Of a stretch of 64,000 nt of DNA, positions 18,636 to 27,863 are shown one piece after another. The position numbers were made by a program, and so were the translations under genes. The stretch's first letter is position 1. Each line of letters opens with the position of its first letter. Origin of the DNA: Firmicutes bacterium UBA1393 (GTDB taxonomy: Bacteria > Bacillota > DTU025); the NCBI GenBank assembly GCA_002305255.1, contig DBQN01000076.1, positions 18,799 to 82,798 of the forward strand. The letters run 5' to 3'. The notes below the pieces were generated by a model. It made no database searches, was not told the origin of the DNA, and saw only the letters and a program-made list of their open reading frames with translations.

Positions 18636-19940
18636 TTATTCCACCAGCACCGCTGCCCTGCGCCGCGCCTCTGCCAGGATCGCGGTCTCATCGATAGTAG
18701 TCAGGCGGCGTTCATCCATGACAACGCTTCCGTCTATAATGACTGAACTAACGTCAGAACTCGACGACGCGTACACCATGTGCGACGTGGCCCTGGACGC
18801 GAGGAACGGCTCCATATGAGGCAGGCTATGATCGACCAGGATGAGATCGGCCCTCTTGCCCACCTCCAAGGATCCGATGAGCTGCTCCAGTCCGAGGCAG
18901 CGCGCGCCGCCCATTGTGGCCATGGTCAGGCATTCGGCAGCCGGCATGGCTGTTGGATCACCGGTAGACACCTTCTGCAGCAACGTCGCGAGGCGCATCT
19001 CCTCGATCATGTCGAGGTTGTTGTTGCTGGCGGCGCCGTCGGTGCCGAGACCGACGGCTATCCCCTTCGCCAGCATATCTACCACTGGCGCCACGCCTGA
19101 CGCGAGCTTCATGTTGGATCCCGGATTGTGCGCCACCCTCACGCCGTGGGCTGCCATTATGTCGATGTCGCGCTCGCTGACAGCGACGCAGTGGGCGGCC
19201 AGCGTGGGCACGTCGAACACTCCGAGTGCTTCGAAGTGCTCGACGGGGCTCTTGCCATACTCCGTCACGATCTCCGTGACCTCTCTGGCGGTCTCGCTCA
19301 CATGGGTATGAATCCCAAGCCCCGACGCGCGGGCTGCGCGCGCGACGTCTTCTATGAACGTCGTCGAGCATGTATACGGCGCATGGGGCGCAAGCATCGT
19401 CGTTATTCTGCCCCCGGCCTGGCCGTTCCATCGACTGCAGAAATCGAGTGCGCCGGCGAGCTTGGCACGGCCGCCATCGACATCGCCTGCACCCGAGCCC
19501 ATGCCCACCGACAGACTTGCCCTCATGCCCGACTCGGCCACCGCTCTGGCTGTGGCGTCCATGAAGAAGTACATGTCAGCGAAACACGTTGTACCTGAAC
19601 GTATCATCTCAGCGCACGCGAGCATGGTGCCGAAGTACACGTCTTCATCGGTCAGCCTGGCTTCGGCAGGAAAAATCATCTGAGTCAGCCATTCATGGAG
19701 TGCAAGATCGTCGGCATAGCCCCTCAGAAGCGTCATCGCAGCGTGGGTATGGGCATTCACCAGGCCGGGCATGGCGATCCTGCCCCTTCCCTCGTACACC
19801 GGCAGGCCGGCGTATGCGGGAGGAAGATCCGCCTCGGGCCCGATGTACGCGATCTCGCCGTCTCGCACGGCTATTGCGGCCTGCGGGCACACTGCAGCCT
19901 GCGTCAGCGCCAGCACATCCCTGATCAGCAGGTCTCTCAT
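18636..19940 (-). CDS. mtaD: 5-methylthioadenosine/S-adenosylhomocysteine deaminase (amidohydrolase superfamily).
   Basis: 434 aa with GLVNAHTHAAMTLLRG...HEWL and an HxH metal motif. It is adjacent to MTAP. Confidence 0.8.
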   Translation of the reverse strand: MRDLLIRDVLALTQAAVCPQAAIAVRDGEIAYIGPEADLPPAYAGLPVYEGRGRIAMPGLVNAHTHAAMTLLRGYADDLALHEWLTQMIFPAEARLTDEDVYFGTMLACAEMIRSGTTCFADMYFFMDATARAVAESGMRASLSVGMGSGAGDVDGGRAKLAGALDFCSRWNGQAGGRITTMLAPHAPYTCSTTFIEDVARAARASGLGIHTHVSETAREVTEIVTEYGKSPVEHFEALGVFDVPTLAAHCVAVSERDIDIMAAHGVRVAHNPGSNMKLASGVAPVVDMLAKGIAVGLGTDGAASNNNLDMIEEMRLATLLQKVSTGDPTAMPAAECLTMATMGGARCLGLEQLIGSLEVGKRADLILVDHSLPHMEPFLASRATSHMVYASSSSDVSSVIIDGSVVMDERRLTTIDETAILAEARRRAAVLVE

Positions 19941-19943
19941 GGG

Positions 19944-20741
19944 CTAAGCCTCAGTGCCCAGCCAGGGCATGGGGTGTGCATCGCGACCGCACCCGCAAGT
20001 GCGCTCAGAGCCGAGTCCTTCCAGAGTCGCCATCATGAGCCGGCGCAGTTTCTCGCCGTTGGCTTGCATGATCTCGACTACCTCTGCGTGCCCCAGCGGC
20101 TGCCCTGATATGCCCGCCGCCCAGTTGGTCACCATGGCTATGGAGGCGTAGCACATCCCGGCCTCCCTGGCCAGCACCACTTCGGGCACGCCCGTCATGC
20201 CCACCACATCGCCGCCGAGGATCCTGAACATGCGTATCTCAGCCGGAGTCTCGAAGCGCGGGCCGTCGGTGCACACGTAACACCCGCCATCAGAGGCCAC
20301 GAACCCCATCTGCCTGGCGTTCTCGATCAAGCGGGCCCTGATGTCGGGGCAATATGGAGTGGTGTAGTCGGTGTGCACTACGCCGTGGTCGCCGCCGTCA
20401 AAGAACGTGCGCACCTCTGACTTCGCGAAGTCGATGAACTGGTCCATGAACACGAAGCTGCCCGGCGGCATCGCCGTGTTGAGCGAACCCACGGCCGACG
20501 TGGCGATGACCCTCTCCACGCCGAGCATCTTCAGGGCAGCGATGTTTGCCCTGTAGTTGATGAGATGTGGCGGCACCGTGTGCCCGTAGCCGTGCCTGGC
20601 CATGAAAGCGATCTCCTGCCCTTTGTATGTTCCGACGAGGGCTCCGGCCTTGCCGTATACGGTTTCGACATTCACCTCGCGTACGCCGGAGAGCACGCCC
20701 GGATCGTACACCCCTGTTCCACCGATTATCGCCAGTCTCAA
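19944..20741 (-). CDS. mtnP: S-methyl-5'-thioadenosine phosphorylase (PNP family I).
   Basis: 265 aa starting MRLAIIGGTGVYDPGVL... with an MTAP-like body. Confidence 0.85.
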   Translation of the reverse strand: MRLAIIGGTGVYDPGVLSGVREVNVETVYGKAGALVGTYKGQEIAFMARHGYGHTVPPHLINYRANIAALKMLGVERVIATSAVGSLNTAMPPGSFVFMDQFIDFAKSEVRTFFDGGDHGVVHTDYTTPYCPDIRARLIENARQMGFVASDGGCYVCTDGPRFETPAEIRMFRILGGDVVGMTGVPEVVLAREAGMCYASIAMVTNWAAGISGQPLGHAEVVEIMQANGEKLRRLMMATLEGLGSERTCGCGRDAHPMPWLGTEA

Positions 20742-20768
20742 AGGGCAACACCTCTCAGATCATCATGG

Positions 20769-21962
20769 CTACTTGAGCATCTTCGCAAACAGGCGCTCAA
20801 TTCTGTCCATTCCGTCCTCTATCTGGGCTATCGAGGTGGCATAGGAGAGTCTCATGAAGTTGTCGCACCCGAAGGCACCGCCTGCCACCACCGCCACGTG
20901 GGCCTGCTCCAGAATCACGTCGGCGAGGTCATACGAGTTTGCGATCTGCCTGCCCTCGAACTCGATGCCGATGTAAGGGGCAACGTTGGGGAAGCAGTAG
21001 AAGGCTCCGGTGGGCACGGCGCAGCTCACATGAGGGAGACTGCAGAGCCGCTCCGCCATGCGCTGGCCCCGTGCGCGGAACGCATCGATCATGGCCTGAA
21101 CCGGCTCGTCAGGCCCGGTGAGTGCCGCCAGCGCCGCCCTCTGCGACACCGAGCACGGGTTCGAGGTGCTATGCCCCTGGATGCGGTTCATCGCGTCTAT
21201 GAGTTCAGCATTCCCCACGGCCCAGCCAATGCGCCAGCCTGTCATCGCGTAAGTCTTGGAAACGCCGTTCACGATGAGTGTGCGCTCGCGGATGGCATCG
21301 CCCAGCGTCGCGATGGACACAGCCTGTTCGCCTGTGTAGAGCAGCCTGTCGTAGATCTCATCGGACACGACGACGAGGTCATGCCTGACCGCAACCTCAG
21401 CAATGGCCGCGAGCTCGTCGCGCGTGTAAGTGGCTCCGGTGGGATTAGACGGCGAGTTGAGTATCAGCACCCTCGTGTTGGGCGTGATGGCCGCCTCGAA
21501 CGCGGCAGCGGTCAGCTTGAAGCCGCTCAAGCTCGTGTCGACAACCACCGGCACAGCGCCGGCCACTCTGACCTGGTCGGGGTAGCTGACCCAGTAGGGT
21601 GCCGGCACGATGACCTCATCACCCGGGCCGACAAGGGCCAGAAAAGCGTTGAACAGGCTGTGCTTGGCGCCGCACGACACGATGACGTTGTTCGGCTTGT
21701 AGGTCAGCCCGTGCCTTTTCTGCACCGAATCGACAACCGCCTGCCTCAGCTCGACAATGCCGGCGGTAGCTGTGTATCTGGTATGCCCCGCGTCGATGCT
21801 GGCCTTGGCGGCATCCCGAATATGCTCCGGCGTGTCGAAGTCAGGCTCTCCCGCACCGAATGGGATGACGTGGACTCCCTGCGCCCTCATGGCCGCAGCC
21901 TTTGCCTCCACCGCGAAGGTAGGCGACTTTGTTATGCCCTGTGACATCTTGGATAGCCTCAT
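20769..21962 (-). CDS. Class I/II pyridoxal-phosphate aminotransferase (aspartate/aromatic type; candidate MtnE-like).
   Basis: Roughly 400 aa with a PLP-fold aminotransferase sequence (GEPDFDTP...SKTYAMTGWRIG, a Lys-containing motif). The start is taken at MRLSKM. It overlaps the upstream TldE gene by about 10 nt. Confidence 0.8.
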   Translation of the reverse strand: MRLSKMSQGITKSPTFAVEAKAAAMRAQGVHVIPFGAGEPDFDTPEHIRDAAKASIDAGHTRYTATAGIVELRQAVVDSVQKRHGLTYKPNNVIVSCGAKHSLFNAFLALVGPGDEVIVPAPYWVSYPDQVRVAGAVPVVVDTSLSGFKLTAAAFEAAITPNTRVLILNSPSNPTGATYTRDELAAIAEVAVRHDLVVVSDEIYDRLLYTGEQAVSIATLGDAIRERTLIVNGVSKTYAMTGWRIGWAVGNAELIDAMNRIQGHSTSNPCSVSQRAALAALTGPDEPVQAMIDAFRARGQRMAERLCSLPHVSCAVPTGAFYCFPNVAPYIGIEFEGRQIANSYDLADVILEQAHVAVVAGGAFGCDNFMRLSYATSIAQIEDGMDRIERLFAKMLK

Positions 21963-21975
21963 CTGGCAGTCCTCC

Positions 21976-23301
21976 TTATGACTCAACTCGGCAGATGATA
22001 GTCAATGCCGGAGTTGCGAAAACCGGATGCGATGACGCAGTAGTTACGGCAGCGTTCATGACGTCGAACAGGTTGCCGGAAATGACGACTTTCGAGGCGC
22101 CTGCAAACTCGCCGTCTTCGATGAGGATGGCGTCTGACGCAGCCAGCGAGAAGTTGCCGCTGACAGGATCCTGAGTATGCATGCCGAGCACACTTGTGAC
22201 CAGCAGCGCCCGTTCGGTGCTCCGCATGACACTGTCGAACGCAGGCGGATCTCCCTGCCCCATGTGGAGCTTCAGCCCCGCGTGCCCCGGCGACATGCCG
22301 GCAACAGGCAGCGGCGTGGCCATCATCCCGGTTCTGCGCGAGTACTTCAGGTTCAGAAGCGGCGTCACCAGCGACCCGCCGTCTACCAGCTTAACCCGGC
22401 CTCCCGGGATTCCCTCTGCCGTACATGGATACGAGCCGGGCCCCATGGGCACGGTCGTGTCGAGCTCTATGGTTACATCGTGTCTGAAAGCGCCGCGTCC
22501 TCGGCGGAAGTCTTCTATGGAGAACCTCGACCTTCCTTCCGCCGCCGCCTCGCCGCTGAAGTTGTGGTACAGGTAGTGCTTCAGGAGGTCATCGACGACT
22601 GCGGGCCACAGGATCACCTTCATGCTGCCGCTTGCCAGACTCACCCTGTGCCTTGATGCCGCGAGCATCTGTGCGGTAGAGTCTACGAGGGGTTCCACGC
22701 CCTTCCACACTTCGATGGCCCTTCCCGGTCTCACCATGCCAAACGCGTTATCCAGCACCCAACTGCAGCCCAGGGCAGTGTGACTGAAGTGAACCCACAG
22801 CCCTGACGAGGCGGCGGTCACAGTGTCGCCCGCTGAGCACCTGACGCCGGCGTCAAGAGTTGTCACGCCCGCGGCCTTAGCTGCGCGTGACACTGCGGCA
22901 AGCGTGTCGAAGGCAGGACGAGGGTCGGAGAGCGCCACGTTGGCTACACGGGGGTCGGTCAGATCCACCTCTGCCGGCTCGGCAACGGGCGCGATGTACG
23001 CCGCCTCATCGTCCCTGAATGATGTAGACTTCCACGCAGCTATCAGCTGCGTCAGCCTGCCTGGAGAATTCGCATCCACCCTGCCCCTGCTTACGCTGGA
23101 GTCAGGCCATACTATGAAGACTGAACCATCGACCACCTGCGCCTTCTTGGGGGGAGCGTAGGCCCCACCCAGGTCCCAGTGGTCTATGCCCATACTGAGA
23201 CCGGCGGACGATGTAACCGTGAATCTCCATCCCGCTGCCGCGCCTGCGAGTGCGCGCGCCAACGCTTCGGCAATGTCGATGGCCGCTGTCGTGTCAGGCA
23301 T
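21976..23301 (-). CDS. TldE/PmbA-family metalloprotease subunit (peptidase U62), pair 1.
   Basis: 441 aa, PmbA-like, immediately downstream of TldD. Confidence 0.75.
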   Translation of the reverse strand: MPDTTAAIDIAEALARALAGAAAGWRFTVTSSAGLSMGIDHWDLGGAYAPPKKAQVVDGSVFIVWPDSSVSRGRVDANSPGRLTQLIAAWKSTSFRDDEAAYIAPVAEPAEVDLTDPRVANVALSDPRPAFDTLAAVSRAAKAAGVTTLDAGVRCSAGDTVTAASSGLWVHFSHTALGCSWVLDNAFGMVRPGRAIEVWKGVEPLVDSTAQMLAASRHRVSLASGSMKVILWPAVVDDLLKHYLYHNFSGEAAAEGRSRFSIEDFRRGRGAFRHDVTIELDTTVPMGPGSYPCTAEGIPGGRVKLVDGGSLVTPLLNLKYSRRTGMMATPLPVAGMSPGHAGLKLHMGQGDPPAFDSVMRSTERALLVTSVLGMHTQDPVSGNFSLAASDAILIEDGEFAGASKVVISGNLFDVMNAAVTTASSHPVFATPALTIICRVES

Positions 23302-23304
23302 CTC

Positions 23305-24804
23305 CTACACACCCCCTATCCGGATGTCGGGCGAGGCATCGATCACCAGGAACATGTTGGCGCCGCCGCTCGAAGGCACACTCTGACCCGACTTACCGCA
23401 GGTGCCCTGGGCATCGATTATCGGACGACCTATGCCTGCAATGATCGACGAGAGGGCCGACAGCACTCTGCCGCTGAATATCGCAGGCTGGCACAGGCGT
23501 ATCGAGCGTTCAGACAGCTCGTAGATGGCCGAACAGTTGAAGACGAAGTCTCCCTTGGCCGGGTTAACCTGCCCACCCTTGTAGCCCGACAGGTAGAGCA
23601 CGCTGCCGCCAGCCGGGAGCAGGTTGGCCCTCACCAGCGCCTCCCTCACATGCTCAGGCCCGACGTCTTCGAATTGCATCGGCATGGGCAGCGGATCGGC
23701 CACCGTCAACCTGATGTTGCTCATCCTCGGAATGGGCACGTTCACGAAGCTTTCGGCTCTGCCGGCGCCTGTGGGCTCCACTCCGGCCTTCTTCGCGGAG
23801 AAGGCATCGGCCAGCGCCGAGGCGAGCACCCCTTTGCTCACGATGTCGACTGTACGCCTGACAACGCCGTTGGCGGAAATGGGCTGGTAGGCGTAGTCGC
23901 CTTCCACCGGTCCATCCACGATCGACACGATGTCAGATGCTACTCTCTCTCCTGACATGAACTTGCCGTTGCGGCCAAGGATCGAAGTGTCCATGCCGTC
24001 AGACTCAGCGCTGTGGCCGAAGGCCTCGTGCGCAAGGCCCTTGGCCAGAGCGTAGTCTATCACTATTCGGTAGGAACCTGCCTTGACTGAACCTGCCTCC
24101 AGCAACCCCAGCACTGTGTGGCCCGACTTGCGTATGCGCTTCACCAGCTTGCTCCACCCATCGCCGGTGGCGATGATGCTCGCGTCCTGTCCGCTCACGG
24201 CTGCGGCAACACTGGCTGCCTTTCGCGTGGCCGTATCGCGCGCGGTGATGCTGACGTGGCAGGCTGCCCTCGGCATGTTGAACACCGCGTCAGTGCCGTC
24301 GCTGCGGACTATCCGCCACTCCTCGTCGACGATGCGGTAGGAAGTGTGACAGGCGATCCTGGGATCCATCGACATGGCCTCGCGACAGGCCTGCACAACG
24401 AGGCGCTGTTCCTCATCGGGCGATATGCCGTCTATCCCCTTCGCACACTCGCGGAGGCGGCTAGTGATCAGGCGCGGCATCTCTTCGTGGCCTGATACCC
24501 TCACTGCCCCATAGGCCTCGCTCATTGCTGCCATGGCTGCGGCGTCAACAACGAGCTGTTCAACGCATTCTGGAGTCACGCAGTCGCCGCTCGCGTGGGC
24601 CGACATGCCCGACTCGGTGATCACGTGAACGCCTACGCCGCAGGTCTCTTCGAAGATGACTCCGTCCACGGCGGCGTTCACAGCACTGACTCGCCGCTCC
24701 ACCTTGTGCTGCAGCCTGAGTATGGCATACACGCCCAACTCGTGGCTGCGCTCCATCGCCCTACAACATGCCTCGGTATACGCATCGACACGCGCTCTCA
24801 ACAT
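23305..24804 (-). CDS. tldD: TldD-family metalloprotease (peptidase U62), pair 1.
   Basis: 499 aa with the HEAFGH zinc-binding motif (LAHEAFGHSAESD). Confidence 0.8.
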   Translation of the reverse strand: MLRARVDAYTEACCRAMERSHELGVYAILRLQHKVERRVSAVNAAVDGVIFEETCGVGVHVITESGMSAHASGDCVTPECVEQLVVDAAAMAAMSEAYGAVRVSGHEEMPRLITSRLRECAKGIDGISPDEEQRLVVQACREAMSMDPRIACHTSYRIVDEEWRIVRSDGTDAVFNMPRAACHVSITARDTATRKAASVAAAVSGQDASIIATGDGWSKLVKRIRKSGHTVLGLLEAGSVKAGSYRIVIDYALAKGLAHEAFGHSAESDGMDTSILGRNGKFMSGERVASDIVSIVDGPVEGDYAYQPISANGVVRRTVDIVSKGVLASALADAFSAKKAGVEPTGAGRAESFVNVPIPRMSNIRLTVADPLPMPMQFEDVGPEHVREALVRANLLPAGGSVLYLSGYKGGQVNPAKGDFVFNCSAIYELSERSIRLCQPAIFSGRVLSALSSIIAGIGRPIIDAQGTCGKSGQSVPSSGGANMFLVIDASPDIRIGGV

Positions 24805-24877
24805 ATCACCCCGCTATCTGACTAACGGTCGCGCCTGTCATCGCCGTCGGCGAACACACGGCGAACGCGCTACGCTC

Positions 24878-26881
24878 TCAGTCGTCGCCGGCCTCCGCAC
24901 GCCTCTGGGCTTCCAGTGCCCGCTCCCAACTGGAGTAGAGCTCCTCGAGTTCTGCCGACGCCCGGCGATGCTCTGTCACTGTGGCCCGTGCGCGTTCTCC
25001 GTCGGCGTAGAGATCCTCTGAGGCGAGCGCCGCCTCGAGCTGAGCTATACGTGACTCGAGCTCTACAATGAGCCCTTCCAGCCTCTGAGCCTCTGCCCTC
25101 TCAGGGCTTAGCGCCGCGCCCTTCCGCCCGCGCCTTCTCGCCTGAGCCTGAGCTCCGGCCCTGGTGCTGGCGTTCGCTCGGGGGTGCCACCCCGCTGCCT
25201 CTGCCTGCTGCCGCGCGGACCGCGCCTGCGTCGGAGCCTGCGACTGCAGCTCTGCCTGCGCCTGGGCCTGCGCCATCAGGGTCTCGCGGTAGAACGAGTA
25301 GTTGCCCTCAAATAATCGCCACTGGCCGTCGGATATCTCCAGCGTTCTGGTGACGATCTGATCGAGGAAATACCTGTCGTGGCTCGCGCATATGACGGTG
25401 CCGTCAAACTCCGAAACAGCCTGCTCCAGCGCATGCCTTGACTCCATGTCGAGATGGTTCGTGGGCTCATCCAGGATCAGAAGGTTGCATCCCGCCAGCA
25501 CGAGCTTGGCCAGGACCAGCCTGGTGCGCTCGCCGCCTGAAAGCACCTTGACCTGCTTGTATACCTCTTCACCGCCGAACATGAAGCGCGCAAGATACGA
25601 TCTGGCTTCGCCGGAGGTCCAGTCGCGCGAGCGGTACACCTCATCGAGCACTGTGCCTTCATCGTTCAGGCCCTCGACATCCTGCCGCAGGATACCCAGT
25701 CTCACATTTTCACCCAGCGCCACGCTGCCTGAATCAGGCGCAAGGTCTTGAGAGATGATCCTCAGGAAAGTGGTCTTGCCTGAGCCATTGGGGCCTACCA
25801 CGCCAAGACGTTCACCGCGTTCAAGCACAAGGTCTAGCCCGCTGAAGAGCTGCTTAGTCCCAAATCCTTTCGAGATGCGCTGAGCTACCACCGCCAGCCT
25901 GCCCGTACGCTCGGCCTTGCCGAAGCTAACCTTCATTGCCTTGTCGCTTGTGACGGGCCTCTTTATGCGTTCTATTCGTGCCAGCATCTTCTCGCGTGAG
26001 GCAGCCATGGTGGTGCGGTTGCCAGCCTTGTAGCGGCGCACGTAATCTTCGAGCTTGGCGATGAGCTCTTGCTGCCGGCGGAAATCCTCGGCCTGCCGCT
26101 CGAGCGCCATCTCACGTTGCGCCACAAAGCAAGTGTAGTTGCCGTTGTACTCCTTTAGCCCGTTGTCGTCCATGTGCCAGATGCGGTTCACACAGGCATC
26201 CAGGAAGTGGCGGTCGTGGGACACGACTATGACGGCTCCTCTGAATGAGCGCAAGTAGTCTTCGAGCCACTCTATGGCAGCGACGTCGAGGTGGTTGGTG
26301 GGTTCGTCTAGGAGCAGCACGTCGGGGTCGGAGGCGAGCATGCGCGCGAGCGCCACTCTCACCTTCTGCCCTCCGCTTAGAGTATCGATCACCGACTCCA
26401 GGTCAGGCTCGCGGAATCCAAGCCCGAAGAGGGTGGTCCGGATGCGCACGTCTTGATCGTATCCGCCGGCCAACTCGAACTCATGCTCCAGCTGGGAGTA
26501 GCGCTTCATCAGCCTGTCAAGGCTCGTCGCATCCTCGGCGCCGCCCGCGGAATGAGCCATCTGCTGCTCTATCTGGCGCATCTCGCCGCCGATGCGGGCA
26601 GCATGTGAGAAGGCGGCGACCATCTCCTCATACAGCGTGTTTCCTGAGGTGTATTCGAACCCCTGCGACAGGTAGCCGACGGTGGCCGCAGGCGCTATGC
26701 TCACAGAACCGGAGTCCCAGTCTTCAGTGCCTGAGATGATCCTGAGCAGTGTCGTTTTGCCTGTGCCGTTTCGGCCAATAAGCCCCACGCGCCAGCGCTC
26801 CTCAAGTGTTGCAGTGACGTCGCGGAAGAGCAGATCGGAACCGAAATACTTCGTTACTGATCTGAGCTCGATCAGGGGCAA
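24878..26881 (-). CDS. ABC-F family ATPase (Uup-like) with two NBDs and a C-terminal coiled-coil.
   Basis: 667 aa with two Walker A/B plus signature sets, an inter-domain linker, and a C-terminal Arg/Glu-rich coiled-coil (AQAELQSQ...LEALIVELESRIAQLEAAL). No TM segments. Confidence 0.85.
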   Translation of the reverse strand: MPLIELRSVTKYFGSDLLFRDVTATLEERWRVGLIGRNGTGKTTLLRIISGTEDWDSGSVSIAPAATVGYLSQGFEYTSGNTLYEEMVAAFSHAARIGGEMRQIEQQMAHSAGGAEDATSLDRLMKRYSQLEHEFELAGGYDQDVRIRTTLFGLGFREPDLESVIDTLSGGQKVRVALARMLASDPDVLLLDEPTNHLDVAAIEWLEDYLRSFRGAVIVVSHDRHFLDACVNRIWHMDDNGLKEYNGNYTCFVAQREMALERQAEDFRRQQELIAKLEDYVRRYKAGNRTTMAASREKMLARIERIKRPVTSDKAMKVSFGKAERTGRLAVVAQRISKGFGTKQLFSGLDLVLERGERLGVVGPNGSGKTTFLRIISQDLAPDSGSVALGENVRLGILRQDVEGLNDEGTVLDEVYRSRDWTSGEARSYLARFMFGGEEVYKQVKVLSGGERTRLVLAKLVLAGCNLLILDEPTNHLDMESRHALEQAVSEFDGTVICASHDRYFLDQIVTRTLEISDGQWRLFEGNYSFYRETLMAQAQAQAELQSQAPTQARSARQQAEAAGWHPRANASTRAGAQAQARRRGRKGAALSPERAEAQRLEGLIVELESRIAQLEAALASEDLYADGERARATVTEHRRASAELEELYSSWERALEAQRRAEAGDD

Positions 26882-26886
26882 TGGGG

Positions 26887-27675
26887 CTACACCTTCTTCT
26901 TGGCTTCCACGTGGCTCGCAAACGCCGAGTGATTGTGGATCGACTCAAAGCTCTCGCACTCAACGCTGAACCAGCGCACCCTGGGCTCAGCTCTGAGGGC
27001 GAGGACCACGTCTCGCAGGATGTCTTCAACGAACTTAGGGTTCGAGTAGGCGGCTTCGGTGACGAACTTCTCGTCTTCCCGCTTGAGCAGGGGGAATATC
27101 TCGCAGCTGCCTGTAGTCTCGAGCATCAGGATAAGGTCTTCTATCCATAGAAAGCCGGCGGAGCTGAAACGTACCCTCGCCCTCACCATTGACCTCTGGT
27201 TGTGCGCGCCAAAGTCGCTTATCTCCTTACTGCAGGGGCAGCAGGAAGTGACAGGCACTTCGACTCCCAGAGTGAAGGTGACCTTGTCGTCGTCGATGTC
27301 GCCTATGAACTCGCAGTTGTAATCGAGTACGCTCGGCCGCTTGCTCACCGGGGCTGTCTTGCCCACGAAATACTTGAACCTGATGGAGAGCTGGGCCTTG
27401 CGCGCCGACAGGGCTGAGCAGGTGTCTCTCAGAACCGATGATATCTGAACATTCGAGAGGGGCTCGCCAATCCAGCCGCTCAGAACCTCGATGAACCGCG
27501 ACATGTGAGTGCCCTTGAACTGCATGGGCAGTTCCACCGAGAGGGACACGTTGCCCAGAACCGACTGGTAGCCGCCGCTCTTCTGGGCGATCTTCAGCGG
27601 CAGGTGCACGTGCTTGACGCCAACCTGCTGTATGTCTATCCCCCTTGTATCAGGACTGCTCTGCACATCCTTCAT
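26887..27675 (-). CDS. folE2: GTP cyclohydrolase FolE2/MptA (type IB).
   Basis: 262 aa beginning MKDVQSSPDTRGIDIQQVGVKHVHLPLKI, the typical FolE2 (DUF198) N-terminus. Confidence 0.8.
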   Translation of the reverse strand: MKDVQSSPDTRGIDIQQVGVKHVHLPLKIAQKSGGYQSVLGNVSLSVELPMQFKGTHMSRFIEVLSGWIGEPLSNVQISSVLRDTCSALSARKAQLSIRFKYFVGKTAPVSKRPSVLDYNCEFIGDIDDDKVTFTLGVEVPVTSCCPCSKEISDFGAHNQRSMVRARVRFSSAGFLWIEDLILMLETTGSCEIFPLLKREDEKFVTEAAYSNPKFVEDILRDVVLALRAEPRVRWFSVECESFESIHNHSAFASHVEAKKKV

Positions 27676-27863
27676 CCCGATTCCTCCTCAGCGGCCTGGG
27701 GCCTGACCCTATGCATGTTCTACGGACGTCGTCAGTATCCCTGCATAGCCCCTGACAAGCGGTAGACTGGTGGCACCGGTGACAAAGGACTTGAAGCCAT
27801 GCTGTCGAATCAGGCTACTAGGCGTATGCGGCAACCAGCCATTAGGGAACAGGAGTGGTATGG

